64,000 nucleotides of DNA from a virus. Numbering within the stretch: position 1 is the first letter of the stretch; the number at the start of each line of letters is the position of its first letter. The DNA lies in IMG/VR virus record IMGVR_UViG_3300004481_000389; one strand, 5' to 3'. Positions 53,048 through 61,904 of this stretch are shown here, piece after piece. The translations under genes and the position numbers were made by a program. Under the pieces are notes generated by a model. That model made no database searches. It was given only the letters and a program-made list of their open reading frames with translations, and had not been told where the DNA came from.

Positions 53048-53929
53048 ATGGCTAATATTTCCGGTCGAAAATTCAACGGAATTTGGATACCCGCTGCTTT
53101 GTGGCTAACTAAGGGGTTAAGCCCAAATCTAAAGGTTTTACTGGTTGAAATCGATAGCCTGGATAACGGTGAAAGGGGTTGTTTTGCTAGTAATGCTTAC
53201 TTTGCCAACTTCTTGCAAGTCAGTGAATCACAAGCATCACGTTTAATTAATACGCTGGTAAAAAAAGGCTTAATTAGTTCCAGGCTAATTAATGGTAATG
53301 GTCGAAATAATGAGCGCCGTTTGCATGTCCTGGTACCGATCAATGAGGCATTCAGTGATGAGGTTGTGGAACAGATCCAGGCTGATGAGGGTATCCGCAA
53401 AAATGCGGAGGGGGTATCCGCAAAAGTGCAGAAGGGGTCTAAGCAAAAATGCGGAGAGGGTATCCGCAAAAATGCGGAGGATAATAAACCAAGTAATAAA
53501 CCAGTTAATAAACCAGTTATAAGTAAAGCCGAAAAAGATAGCTTTACCAGTTCGCTTGACAATGATTTTAAAACTTTCTGGAAGGTTTACCCAAATAAGA
53601 AATCAGGACCGAGTAAAGCAAAAGAGAGTTTTATCCGGGTGATCAAGAAAGGCGTATCCCTGGGCGCACTTTTAAGGTCCATTGCCGAACATAGCCATAC
53701 CCGGAGTTGGATAGATGGATATGTGCCACATGCGACTACCTGGCTAAACCAGGGGCGTTATGAAGCTGAATTTGCACCCGCTGATTTCATACAACCACAA
53801 GCTTCTACAAGGCAAGCCAGCCAAAACCGCTTAGCTGATAACACGGGCCTAGATGCTTTGCTGGATGGGGACCGATTTGCCAGTGCCAGAGTGGTGAATG
53901 ATGTGCCTGGTATCGGGTATCGGGGGTAG
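53048..53929 (+). CDS. replication initiator (lambda O-like organisation, N-terminal winged-HTH)
   Basis: Its position after cro, the in-gene iterons, and the repeated EGIRKNAE peptide encoded by them. Confidence 0.6.
   Translation: MANISGRKFNGIWIPAALWLTKGLSPNLKVLLVEIDSLDNGERGCFASNAYFANFLQVSESQASRLINTLVKKGLISSRLINGNGRNNERRLHVLVPINEAFSDEVVEQIQADEGIRKNAEGVSAKVQKGSKQKCGEGIRKNAEDNKPSNKPVNKPVISKAEKDSFTSSLDNDFKTFWKVYPNKKSGPSKAKESFIRVIKKGVSLGALLRSIAEHSHTRSWIDGYVPHATTWLNQGRYEAEFAPADFIQPQASTRQASQNRLADNTGLDALLDGDRFASARVVNDVPGIGYRG
53387..53479 (+). repeat. four ~23-bp iterons (GGGTATCCGCAAAAATGCGGAG), candidate origin
   Basis: Each iteron contains the inverted repeat CCGCA-AAAA-TGCGG. Three 12-bp AATAAACCAGTT repeats follow at 53481-53520. 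Confidence 0.7.
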
Positions 53930-53931
53930 CT

Positions 53932-54543
53932 ATGGCTTATGTGCAATTACCAGATGCAGTGCGCCTGGTGAAAGACATGAAGTTTCTGTATGGCAAACAG
54001 TTTACCGAGCAATGGACGGGTGTTAGTGACACCGATCTTGCTTTGGGAATCGCTGAACGCTTGGCGGATGTGCATGTGATCCAGTTTGAATACGGATTAA
54101 AGAAAATGCAGACAAGTGAATTTATCCCAAACCTACCCAGGTTTAAAAGCTGGTGCCTAGAGAAAAAGGCACCTGGCCAAGCATGGCTAACTGCAAGTGA
54201 AGCATGGGCGTTATGCCTCAGTTATGACAATAAAGAGGCCGTACAAGTCACCAAACAAGCTATGAGCGCGTTTAAGAAGGTTCGCCATATCTTGAATGTG
54301 GAGGGTCAGAAAGCCGCTTACAACGCATTTAGGGGCTTTTATCAGCGCATTGTCGAGCGTGATCAAGGATTAAATCGATTACAGGAGGCTTATGTGGAGC
54401 CGCCTAGATTAAAGGCACCGGATGAAGATAAGCGCACAGGCCAGCCGATGACGGATGAACAGCGCCAGGCCATGCAACAAAGCTTAGATTTTTTAATGCA
54501 GAAATTACATATCAAACCGAAAACCGTAAGGAATATTAAATGA
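53932..54543 (+). CDS. replication protein P-like (helicase loader)
   Basis: Its position after the initiator gene. FIPNLPRFKSWC resembles lambda P FLPSPGQFVAWC. Confidence 0.4.
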   Translation: MAYVQLPDAVRLVKDMKFLYGKQFTEQWTGVSDTDLALGIAERLADVHVIQFEYGLKKMQTSEFIPNLPRFKSWCLEKKAPGQAWLTASEAWALCLSYDNKEAVQVTKQAMSAFKKVRHILNVEGQKAAYNAFRGFYQRIVERDQGLNRLQEAYVEPPRLKAPDEDKRTGQPMTDEQRQAMQQSLDFLMQKLHIKPKTVRNIK

Positions 54544-54653
54544 CTTTCAATGAAATCGTACTACTGATGACTGCCCTGGGTGTCTGGTCAATCGTGGCTA
54601 TCCTGGCTTATGGCCTATTTTTTGTTGAGCCAAATGATGAAGGTGAAATGTAA
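54540..54653 (+). CDS. 37-aa single-pass membrane micro-ORF
   Basis: ATGA and TAATG overlaps with both neighbours. Sequence is MTFNEIVLLMTALGVWSIVAILAYGLFFVEPNDEGEM. Confidence 0.35.
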   Translation: MTFNEIVLLMTALGVWSIVAILAYGLFFVEPNDEGEM

Positions 54654-54859
54654 TGCCTGATATTGCTGATCTTGCCAATGAGGTCATGGAGCGTCATATC
54701 GCAAATAGCGTGAGCAACCATATCAACCGAACTAACCTGGAAAGCGCGCATAACTGTGAGGAATGCGACAAGGATATACCGGAAGGCCGCCGCCTGGCTG
54801 TGAAGGGTACACAACATTGTGTTGATTGCGCTGATTACTTTGAGCGTAAACGGGTTTAA
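54653..54859 (+). CDS. TraR/DksA-family C4 zinc-finger protein
   Basis: CEECDKDIPEGRRLAVKGTQHCVDCADYFERK. Confidence 0.65.
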   Translation: MPDIADLANEVMERHIANSVSNHINRTNLESAHNCEECDKDIPEGRRLAVKGTQHCVDCADYFERKRV

Positions 54860-54931
54860 ACCAAACATATAAATCAATAACGGCCAGTTTTAATAAATTG
54901 GCCACTATTCTGAAACAGCAAGGCTAGTCAC

Positions 54932-55765
54932 ATGAAAACCAAATCAAAAGTACGCAAAATCCCTAAAGCACAACGTTCACGTAAGCCAGTGCATAAGGAT
55001 CAGCAATTTGCGACTTATGTTGCAAAGCAAGAAATAGCAGAGCAAAAACGTACTGAGGCCCTATTGGCCAAGCCAGTTACTCTATCCATGGTATTTGTGG
55101 CTGAACACGTACAAAAGCAGTTAAAGCAGTTTTGTGAAAAACAGAAGCTTGATGAAGCCTCCCAGGCAAAGGGCATATTTTTCCCGGAAAGCGTGGTGAT
55201 TGATGCCTATGGCCAGAATGACATGATTATTGCGCTCAAGATGCAGCAAGTCACGTGTACCGAATGGCAAGTTGAAGCAGAAACACACCTGTATAACGAT
55301 GATACCGAGGAATTCGTAACGGTCCCTTATGCGATTGGCTTGAGTGGTATCACATACGGCGAACTCACTAGCGGATCAAAAGTAACAGTACCGCGTAAAG
55401 GCGGCTTTAAAACCCGCTGGCAGGGACTACAAAAAGAATTAGATGATGGCTATGACGAATATAAAGAGCGCGACTTAACCAATTTTAGAGTTATTCAGAC
55501 GCACGTTTGCTTCATTGGTGAATGTTATTTTGTGAATTACAAAATGTACCAGGAATTTTTATTCATGCGTGGCTTGCGTGATCAAGGCGTATTGATTGAA
55601 AGCCTGGAAAGTTTGACGAAGGTTGAAGTGGAGAAGGGGAAACTTGATTACCAGCTGCAGCCTGTGAGCGGGATGAGTACAGGTATTCCATTGAAGGCCT
55701 TTGATCCAGTAGTTAATGAGGCTAAATCCCAGGCGTTTAGTATCAAAAAAGCGATTGCTGTATAA
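54932..55765 (+). CDS. hypothetical protein
   Basis: 277-aa ORF. Confidence 0.5.
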   Translation: MKTKSKVRKIPKAQRSRKPVHKDQQFATYVAKQEIAEQKRTEALLAKPVTLSMVFVAEHVQKQLKQFCEKQKLDEASQAKGIFFPESVVIDAYGQNDMIIALKMQQVTCTEWQVEAETHLYNDDTEEFVTVPYAIGLSGITYGELTSGSKVTVPRKGGFKTRWQGLQKELDDGYDEYKERDLTNFRVIQTHVCFIGECYFVNYKMYQEFLFMRGLRDQGVLIESLESLTKVEVEKGKLDYQLQPVSGMSTGIPLKAFDPVVNEAKSQAFSIKKAIAV

Positions 55766-55775
55766 GGTCTTGGCC

Positions 55776-56300
55776 ATGAGTGAAGAAAAAGCCAAAAAGC
55801 CAGCCAAACCGAAGCCGATGCCTGTTTACTTTACGGTCCGTAAGCTTATAGATCCTGCCACTGGACAAGTGGTAGGGGCTTTCGTTCCGAATAGTGATGA
55901 GGATAAAAATTACTTGCGTGAACGTGGCTATAGAAATGGTGAAAAAGTACGCGCCGTACTTACAAAGCCGAGAAATGAGCGTTTCAATCGTTTAGTACAC
56001 GGAATGGGGTATCTAATTGCAACAAATATAGAGGGTTACGAAGGATTAACTTCTCATGAGGCAATTAAGAAACTTCAAATTGAAGGGCTTATATATTGTA
56101 ATATTGAGATATTGACTTTTGAAAATATGGAATTTAAAAGGCATATTCCCCGGTCCATTTCTTATGATTCAATGGATGAACATAACTTTCAAGATTTCTG
56201 GATTCAATGCTGTAAATACTTGATAGATAAATACTGGCCTGAGTTGGATGAAGATGAGCTTACAAATATGATTGAGTTTCAAAGCTTCACACTACATTGA
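55776..56300 (+). CDS. hypothetical nin-region protein, possibly YbcN/DUF1367-like
   Basis: The call rests only on its position upstream of the YbcO-like and resolvase genes. The ATG at 55776 is preferred. Confidence 0.35.
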   Translation: MSEEKAKKPAKPKPMPVYFTVRKLIDPATGQVVGAFVPNSDEDKNYLRERGYRNGEKVRAVLTKPRNERFNRLVHGMGYLIATNIEGYEGLTSHEAIKKLQIEGLIYCNIEILTFENMEFKRHIPRSISYDSMDEHNFQDFWIQCCKYLIDKYWPELDEDELTNMIEFQSFTLH

Positions 56301-56420
56301 TAAAATGATAACCAATTAACGCTAGTTACAAATCTTTAAATTAATTTTGCAATTCCTTACAATCTGGAATAAGTGTAATATTAATCAATCAATAATTTTA
56401 ACTGGAAATGAGACGGGTAC

Positions 56421-56708
56421 GTGGGAATTTTAGCAGAAGAAACTAAGGTAAAATCTAATATTACTCTTGATGTTAGTCTTGAGCTTTTTTTAAATTCAGC
56501 AAATGTCGGTTTTTTGACAGGCAAAGCTATTGAGCAATTAGTGGAAAAGGGTTGCAATCCACTTTTATCACCATCTGAAAGTATTTTAAACGCTCTTTAT
56601 TATTTAGTAGGCGAACTTGAGGAAAATCATAGCCATGAAAAAGAGCAATGGCTTAATTCTCCGATTATACAGTACATATCTAGCTTGAATGACAAAAAAC
56701 CTAAATAA
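56421..56708 (+). CDS. hypothetical protein in an AT-rich insert
   Basis: GTG start, 95 aa, with its own terminator. Confidence 0.4.
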   Translation: MGILAEETKVKSNITLDVSLELFLNSANVGFLTGKAIEQLVEKGCNPLLSPSESILNALYYLVGELEENHSHEKEQWLNSPIIQYISSLNDKKPK

Positions 56709-56761
56709 CTCCCTATTTAGGCCAGTTAAGGCAAAGAAAAAGCACCAATGATTTTATTATA

Positions 56762-56786
56762 AACGCCCTCAATTGGGCGTTTTTTA
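56762..56786 (+). terminator. rho-independent terminator
   Basis: aacgccc-tcaatt-gggcgtt followed by T5. Confidence 0.8.
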
Positions 56787-56808
56787 TACCAAAAAGAGAA
56801 ATTGAGTT

Positions 56809-57132
56809 ATGAGTAAGTCTAATAGGGTCAGTGAGCATTTACGCCAATTCGCAAAACATCAGCCATGCACTCTTAGATTGCCTGGAATTTGCTCAGATGA
56901 TGCCGGACATGAAACAACAGTAATGTGCCATTTATCTATCGGAATGCGTGGGGTTGGTATGAAGGTAAATGATCTATTTTCTATTCATGCTTGTCATACT
57001 TGTCATGATGCCCTGGATCGCCGTAGAACGGATTATGAAGTTGATGAAGGTGATGTATTAAGAGCTTTATGCCGGACTATTGATTTACGCATGAAAGCGG
57101 GCTTAATCCAGGTAAAGGGAATGCAGCAATGA
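56809..57132 (+). CDS. YbcO/DUF1364-like protein
   Basis: CTLRLPGICSDDAGHETTVMCHL...HACHTCHDALD resembles E. coli YbcO (CQVRIPGVCNGNPETSVLAH). Confidence 0.55.
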   Translation: MSKSNRVSEHLRQFAKHQPCTLRLPGICSDDAGHETTVMCHLSIGMRGVGMKVNDLFSIHACHTCHDALDRRRTDYEVDEGDVLRALCRTIDLRMKAGLIQVKGMQQ

Positions 57133-57611
57133 TTTTGGGGATCGATCCGGGCATTACTGGCTGCTTGGTTGTCCTGGATGATGAGGACCATTACAGATAT
57201 AAAGCTCATTTGCACATGCCTGTCATTAAAGTTGCCTCAAAAAGCCGGGTAAATGGTGCCGCTATTGCCGCCTGGTTGCATAACTTTGATATAGATATGG
57301 CCTATGTTGAGCTGGTGAATGGAATGCCGGACCCTAAAACCGGGATAAGCATTGGAACAGCCAGCGCCTTTAGCTTTGGTCATGCCGCCGGATTAATGGA
57401 AGGTGTGCTGCAAGGCGCATTAGTTCCATTTCGTACCGTTACACCGGGGAAGTGGAAACGTAACGCTGGACTGATCGGCAATAACAAGGATGCAAGCCGC
57501 AGCAAAGCAGTACAACTTTACCCAGGTATCCGGGACCTGGATTTAAAAGCAAAAGGCCAGGCTCTAGGTGATGCAATTTTCATTGCCCGGTGCGCCGTCA
57601 ATCCATTGTAA
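57129..57611 (+). CDS. RuvC-like Holliday-junction resolvase
   Basis: MILGIDPGITGCLVVLDD N-terminal signature. It occupies the slot where RusA sits in lambdoid nin regions. Confidence 0.6.
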   Translation: MILGIDPGITGCLVVLDDEDHYRYKAHLHMPVIKVASKSRVNGAAIAAWLHNFDIDMAYVELVNGMPDPKTGISIGTASAFSFGHAAGLMEGVLQGALVPFRTVTPGKWKRNAGLIGNNKDASRSKAVQLYPGIRDLDLKAKGQALGDAIFIARCAVNPL

Positions 57612-57728
57612 CAAAACTTTTAGAATCCCTTAATTTATAAGGGATTCAGCCAATAATTAGATTTTACCTAACTTATAAAATCGTATATATTAGCCTCAGT
57701 CTAATTTATGTGTTTTATTGGTGTGGTT

Positions 57729-58418
57729 ATGGATGAAGAACAGAGCAGTAACGCAATAAAAAGTACAAGCGATTTCTCCCAACCTAGTAACTCGCGTAAA
57801 CCAACATTGTTTAATACACCCTCTAAACAAGAACAGGCCATTTTAAGCCGGGAAGTGGGATTAAGAATGAAGGAAAGTCGCGTTATGTCTGGCTTATCCC
57901 AAGTGGATGCCGCAAAACGCCTGGGCTATCACAATTCAACAAAGCTATCCAAAATTGAGAAAGGCCAATCAACCAGGATTCCATTATGGGTAATCCGCAA
58001 AGCAGCCATTATTTATGATGTGTCGTGTGACTACCTATTCGGCGTTACTCAGACCATGGAACGTGATGATGTATCTCATGCCTCATTAAGAGAGTTACAT
58101 GCTTTCATGTTTGCTGACTTTGATAAACGTCATGCCCAGGATGTCGCCGTCATGATGGCCATTCGCTCTAAATTAGAAAACATCGAAAAGACTATCGTAC
58201 TCGCTGCAATGCAAGCCGACCAATTAAATGAAGCAAAGCTATTTGTTGAAGAACAAGAAGAATGGCTAGACGTTAAAGGCGGTAATCGCCTGGTCAATTA
58301 CATAGATCGCCTAAACCATACTATTACTTCATCCGCATTACGCTTTAAAGACATTAAAAAGGAAATGCAAGTTAAGTCGGGTACAGAGTACCAAATGAAT
58401 CTATTGCTGGAAGTGTGA
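57729..58418 (+). CDS. XRE-family HTH protein (regulator)
   Basis: LSQVDAAKRLGYHNSTKLSKIEKGQ. A TCTAATTTAT box at 57700-57709 lies just upstream. Confidence 0.55.
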   Translation: MDEEQSSNAIKSTSDFSQPSNSRKPTLFNTPSKQEQAILSREVGLRMKESRVMSGLSQVDAAKRLGYHNSTKLSKIEKGQSTRIPLWVIRKAAIIYDVSCDYLFGVTQTMERDDVSHASLRELHAFMFADFDKRHAQDVAVMMAIRSKLENIEKTIVLAAMQADQLNEAKLFVEEQEEWLDVKGGNRLVNYIDRLNHTITSSALRFKDIKKEMQVKSGTEYQMNLLLEV

Positions 58419-58431
58419 GGGGCTAAATCGC

Positions 58432-59424
58432 ATGGCTAAAAAGTTATCCGAAGCAGAGTGGGCAAAGGTACGTTATGACCGAGAGGAAAAGGGACTGTCA
58501 TTTCATGAGCTGGCAGAGAAATATAACGTAAGTAGTGCCACTGTCTACCGTAAGTCAAAAGCTGATAAGTGGAGAGTACCTAATACAGATCCAGGTATAG
58601 AAAACGAAACGGATAATGAAACGGTAAACGAAACACCCAAAGCCATTGATACAAAAAAGATCAAGCCAGATTGTTTATCTGAAAACGAAACGAAACAGCC
58701 AAAACGAAACGAAACGAAACGAAACGAAACGCAAAACGAAACGGATAAGAATCCTGAAAGCTTTGATATTACTGGCTATGTAAATAACCTGAAACAGAGT
58801 TTTGACCCATCGCGCGCGCGTGACCGTGAATATATGTCGTTTCAATTGAGCCAGATCGATGAGCATTTGGGGGACCTATCGAGCATTTTTGACGATGCTG
58901 GCTTCAATGGTAAATATCGACCTGAGTTTTCCCGCATTGCTTACAACATTGCTTTGCTTGGCGGTACACCAGAGAGCCTGGCCCATACGTTAAACGTGTC
59001 AGAACAAACGGTTTATAACTGGCTCAAAACCTATAAAGAATTTCATATTGCCTGGCATGGCGGTAAAGACTTTGCTGATGCCAATGTGGTTAAGGCCCTG
59101 TATAAGCGCGCCGTAGGGTATCGAGAGGAAGTAGAGGAAAGCCGGACCGATAAAGACGGCAATATTTTGACTTCTGAGAAGGTGATTGTCATTGCACCGG
59201 ACGTAAATGCTCAAGTGTTCTGGCTCAAGAATAGACAGCCGTTGAACTGGAAGGACAAAGTAGAGGTACAGGAAGAAATCCCGGCAGCTGTAATCGATAA
59301 GGATGAGGCTCAAGAGCGTTATGACCGCATTGTTAATCAGGCTGCAGAGCTTAAAGCTAAATACCATGGCCGAGGTGAACGTTTAGGACTGACATTAGAC
59401 GGCGAAGCAGAGGAAATAGATTGA
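58432..59424 (+). CDS. terminase small-subunit-like protein
   Basis: N-terminal HTH (LSFHELAEKYNVSSATVYRK). A second HTH plus VKALYKRAVGY...DVNAQVFWLKNRQPLNWKDK, which is typical of TerS proteins. Confidence 0.55.
   Translation: MAKKLSEAEWAKVRYDREEKGLSFHELAEKYNVSSATVYRKSKADKWRVPNTDPGIENETDNETVNETPKAIDTKKIKPDCLSENETKQPKRNETKRNETQNETDKNPESFDITGYVNNLKQSFDPSRARDREYMSFQLSQIDEHLGDLSSIFDDAGFNGKYRPEFSRIAYNIALLGGTPESLAHTLNVSEQTVYNWLKTYKEFHIAWHGGKDFADANVVKALYKRAVGYREEVEESRTDKDGNILTSEKVIVIAPDVNAQVFWLKNRQPLNWKDKVEVQEEIPAAVIDKDEAQERYDRIVNQAAELKAKYHGRGERLGLTLDGEAEEID
58601..58738 (+). repeat. ten GAAAC pentamers, including (GAAAC)x4 at 58706-58725
   Basis: Counted directly. They encode NETKRNETKRNET-type peptide repeats. 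Confidence 0.8.
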
Positions 59425-59771
59425 TGAACCCAACATTAGCCATGCTGATTTTAGTGGTCCTTAGTGGACTAGCCTTGCTCTATTTCCTAGTAGGGTGTCA
59501 GCACAAGTACCGTGTAACCGCGTCAAATCAAGACAGAGACATTTTACAGTGTAGTAAATGCCGCAAGGTTAAGACTAAAGGGCATAGGAAATATCGCAAG
59601 GTTCACGGATGCTTATTCCTGGTTGCGGTCGGCTCCACTCTTATCAATGGGATGAGCTTCATGCTGGAACGGAATCAAAACCCCTTATATGCAGCTATTC
59701 CTTTGTTTGTTGGCATAGGCTGTATGTGTCTGGCTATCCACATTTTCCATAAATCGAATACAGGGAAGTAA
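59421..59771 (+). CDS. membrane protein with a lipobox-like FLVGC and a CxxC
   Basis: 116 aa with three hydrophobic segments. Overlaps the upstream stop. Confidence 0.5.
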   Translation: MMNPTLAMLILVVLSGLALLYFLVGCQHKYRVTASNQDRDILQCSKCRKVKTKGHRKYRKVHGCLFLVAVGSTLINGMSFMLERNQNPLYAAIPLFVGIGCMCLAIHIFHKSNTGK

Positions 59772-59777
59772 ATACCC

Positions 59778-60101
59778 ATGATGCTTGATAGTAGTGCTGA
59801 TTGCTCATGTCCAGATGTACAAGACGATGATTGCCCGGATCTGGATATAAGAACTGAGCTTGAAACTATGTCCAGGGAGGAACTGATTGATGAAGTGTTA
59901 AGTCGAATGAAGTTCACTCAAAGTTTAATTACTTCCAATTGGGAACAGACAGAACAAATGCAAGAGGAAAACATAAAACTACGGCAGTCTATTGATCGTG
60001 GCTTACCCCTCATCGAGGACCTAAAAAGATCAGCAAAAATCTGGAAGTATGCGTTTTTCATATTTGCTGCACTTACGCTTGTTGATGCGGTGTTTCCATG
60101 A
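59778..60101 (+). CDS. acidic coiled-coil protein with a C-terminal TM anchor
   Basis: 107 aa ending in YAFFIFAALTLVDAVFP. Confidence 0.5.
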   Translation: MMLDSSADCSCPDVQDDDCPDLDIRTELETMSREELIDEVLSRMKFTQSLITSNWEQTEQMQEENIKLRQSIDRGLPLIEDLKRSAKIWKYAFFIFAALTLVDAVFP

Positions 60102-60487
60102 AAGCTTTGTACTGGGGTCCCTCTCTTGAGCAACGGGAAAATCAAAAAGCTATCAATCTCATTAAAGACTTGGGCTTAAAAAAGTGCAGAGCCATTGTGG
60201 ACGGCGTACCAGAGGCAATACATGGCCTTGAGTATGTGAAAATGACCCATTATGAGCCAATTTTTAGGACCTACTTTTTAGTAGTCCCAGGGGCAAAATA
60301 TGAGAGATATGCTTATCACTTATCGCATCATCATATTTTTCCCTCCCTTTGTGCTTTTGATCTTGTTTGCCTGGCAAAACTAGATAAAGCCATTACTGAG
60401 CTATCAAAAGAAAAGCCTAAAAAGTTGATGGATCGGATTCAATTACTCTTATCACAATTAAAGGCGTATCTATGCAGCTTCAAGTAA
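60098..60487 (+). CDS. hypothetical protein
   Basis: 129 aa with an ATGA overlap. Confidence 0.5.
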   Translation: MKALYWGPSLEQRENQKAINLIKDLGLKKCRAIVDGVPEAIHGLEYVKMTHYEPIFRTYFLVVPGAKYERYAYHLSHHHIFPSLCAFDLVCLAKLDKAITELSKEKPKKLMDRIQLLLSQLKAYLCSFK

Positions 60488-60765
60488 TTGTTCCTTTGGC
60501 CACACTGACCGCCGTGGCAATCGTATTCACTATATCGGTATGCCTGGTTGAACGGTTCACGACAAAGCAAAAGGTGGACATTCAGAAACTCATGCTAAAT
60601 ATGCTGTGTTTGCAATCCACTTTCTATGTTGCAGGGGCTATAGATCGGGTTTTGTATTGGCAAGGTGATTTTGTGCAGCTGGTGATCCTGGTGATTGTTG
60701 GCTTATGTGTTTTTGGCAAGTTGTCACTTGGTTGGGTCCATAGTGGCCAGAAAGTTAAAAAATAA
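60472..60765 (+). CDS. membrane protein (3 TM)
   Basis: 97 aa. Overlaps the upstream gene by 16 nt. Confidence 0.5.
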   Translation: MQLQVIVPLATLTAVAIVFTISVCLVERFTTKQKVDIQKLMLNMLCLQSTFYVAGAIDRVLYWQGDFVQLVILVIVGLCVFGKLSLGWVHSGQKVKK

Positions 60766-60782
60766 TTGTTTGAAGTGTAGTT

Positions 60783-61724
60783 ATGAGTTCATTAGATCAA
60801 AGTTCAGTACCAGCCGTTAAATACAGCAGCAGCGTGATCGGTGATGCCTTGCGTGTCGTGGCCAAAAAAAATAAGCGTCCTGATTATTCTATTCTGATTT
60901 GCAGAGAGGTTTATGAGGCTATCAAGGACAATACAGACCACAGGCTTAAAAGTGAGGTGATGGGTGTTTTGCATCACTCCGATTGTATTGCAGCTATGGC
61001 CAAAGAGGCTAAGCGTAATGCAATGGAGAGTTACGAGGCAAAATACACACCAGCAACCAGGGATAAGATTAATTATATTGCTAAGTGGTGCAGTCAGCGC
61101 CGTGGCCGCTATGTATTCCTGGCTAAAAAATTGCGACTTAATTTAACTAATTTGCAGTTGCGTATGCGTTACAAGATGAAAATCAAGGACCCGGACCTAG
61201 ACCGAATTTATGCAGTCGTTATGCAAGAGGTTGATAAAGATACCCGTGGCGCTAATCCCAAGTTTGGCAGCCATGAAGATGAAAGGTTTTTCGCCTGGAC
61301 CCTTAGACTTTATGTACGTGCAATGCTGGACCTGGCGCATAAGAACATTAGTAAGCTTGGCATGACTGACAGTACAAGCGGTATGGATCTGGCACTTGAC
61401 TGGTTGCCTATGGAAGATGCAGCAAGACTATATAAACCCTATGACCGATTAGAGCTTGCTAAACGCATAGAGGAAAAAGGATTGATATTGGTTCACCTGG
61501 AAATCAATTCGACCAATTCACAGCGTTTTAAACTTGCTCATACTAGACATGCTCAAGAGCTGTATAAACTGGCTTTTGCAGCAGTTCAGCCGCTATATGC
61601 AGCAGGGGCTATCAGTAACCGCTATAAATTTAGTAAGACTGATGCGGGCAGAGAGCTTACAAAACGCTTACTTAAAATTGCTTATTCCTACTATGAAATA
61701 GGCTTAGCTATTCCCTCTATTTAA
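60783..61724 (+). CDS. hypothetical protein
   Basis: 313-aa ORF. Confidence 0.5.
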   Translation: MSSLDQSSVPAVKYSSSVIGDALRVVAKKNKRPDYSILICREVYEAIKDNTDHRLKSEVMGVLHHSDCIAAMAKEAKRNAMESYEAKYTPATRDKINYIAKWCSQRRGRYVFLAKKLRLNLTNLQLRMRYKMKIKDPDLDRIYAVVMQEVDKDTRGANPKFGSHEDERFFAWTLRLYVRAMLDLAHKNISKLGMTDSTSGMDLALDWLPMEDAARLYKPYDRLELAKRIEEKGLILVHLEINSTNSQRFKLAHTRHAQELYKLAFAAVQPLYAAGAISNRYKFSKTDAGRELTKRLLKIAYSYYEIGLAIPSI

Positions 61725-61833
61725 ATATTTAAAAACAGTCCATATCCTTTGTAACTCAAGGGATATGGCTATAAAAACAACAACAAGTAAAAAAAGCCTT
61801 AATTTGTGTTCAAAAAAGCCGCAGTTTTACATT

Positions 61834-61853
61834 AAATTAGTTTTTATCTAACC
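61834..61853. promoter_or_regulatory. AAATTAGTTTTTATCTAACC box, near-identical to 51748-51767
   Basis: Shared AAATTAGTYTTTATCTAA sequence upstream of the operon that starts at 61905. Confidence 0.45.
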
Positions 61854-61904
61854 AAAAAATTAGCTATCATCTATTTTGTGTTATCAAACTGTAAAGGCTA
61901 GACA

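Noticed and set aside
57620-57645. The hairpin GAATCCCTT-aatttat-AAGGGATTC as a terminator after the resolvase gene
   Set aside because: The stem is good, but no T-run follows it on either strand. It may be an RNA or operator structure, so it is not called as a terminator.
58706-58725. (GAAAC)x4 as a phase-variation switch
   Set aside because: Four units is short for efficient slippage, and inactivating a packaging gene would have no obvious benefit. It is kept only as a secondary possibility under the pac-site finding.
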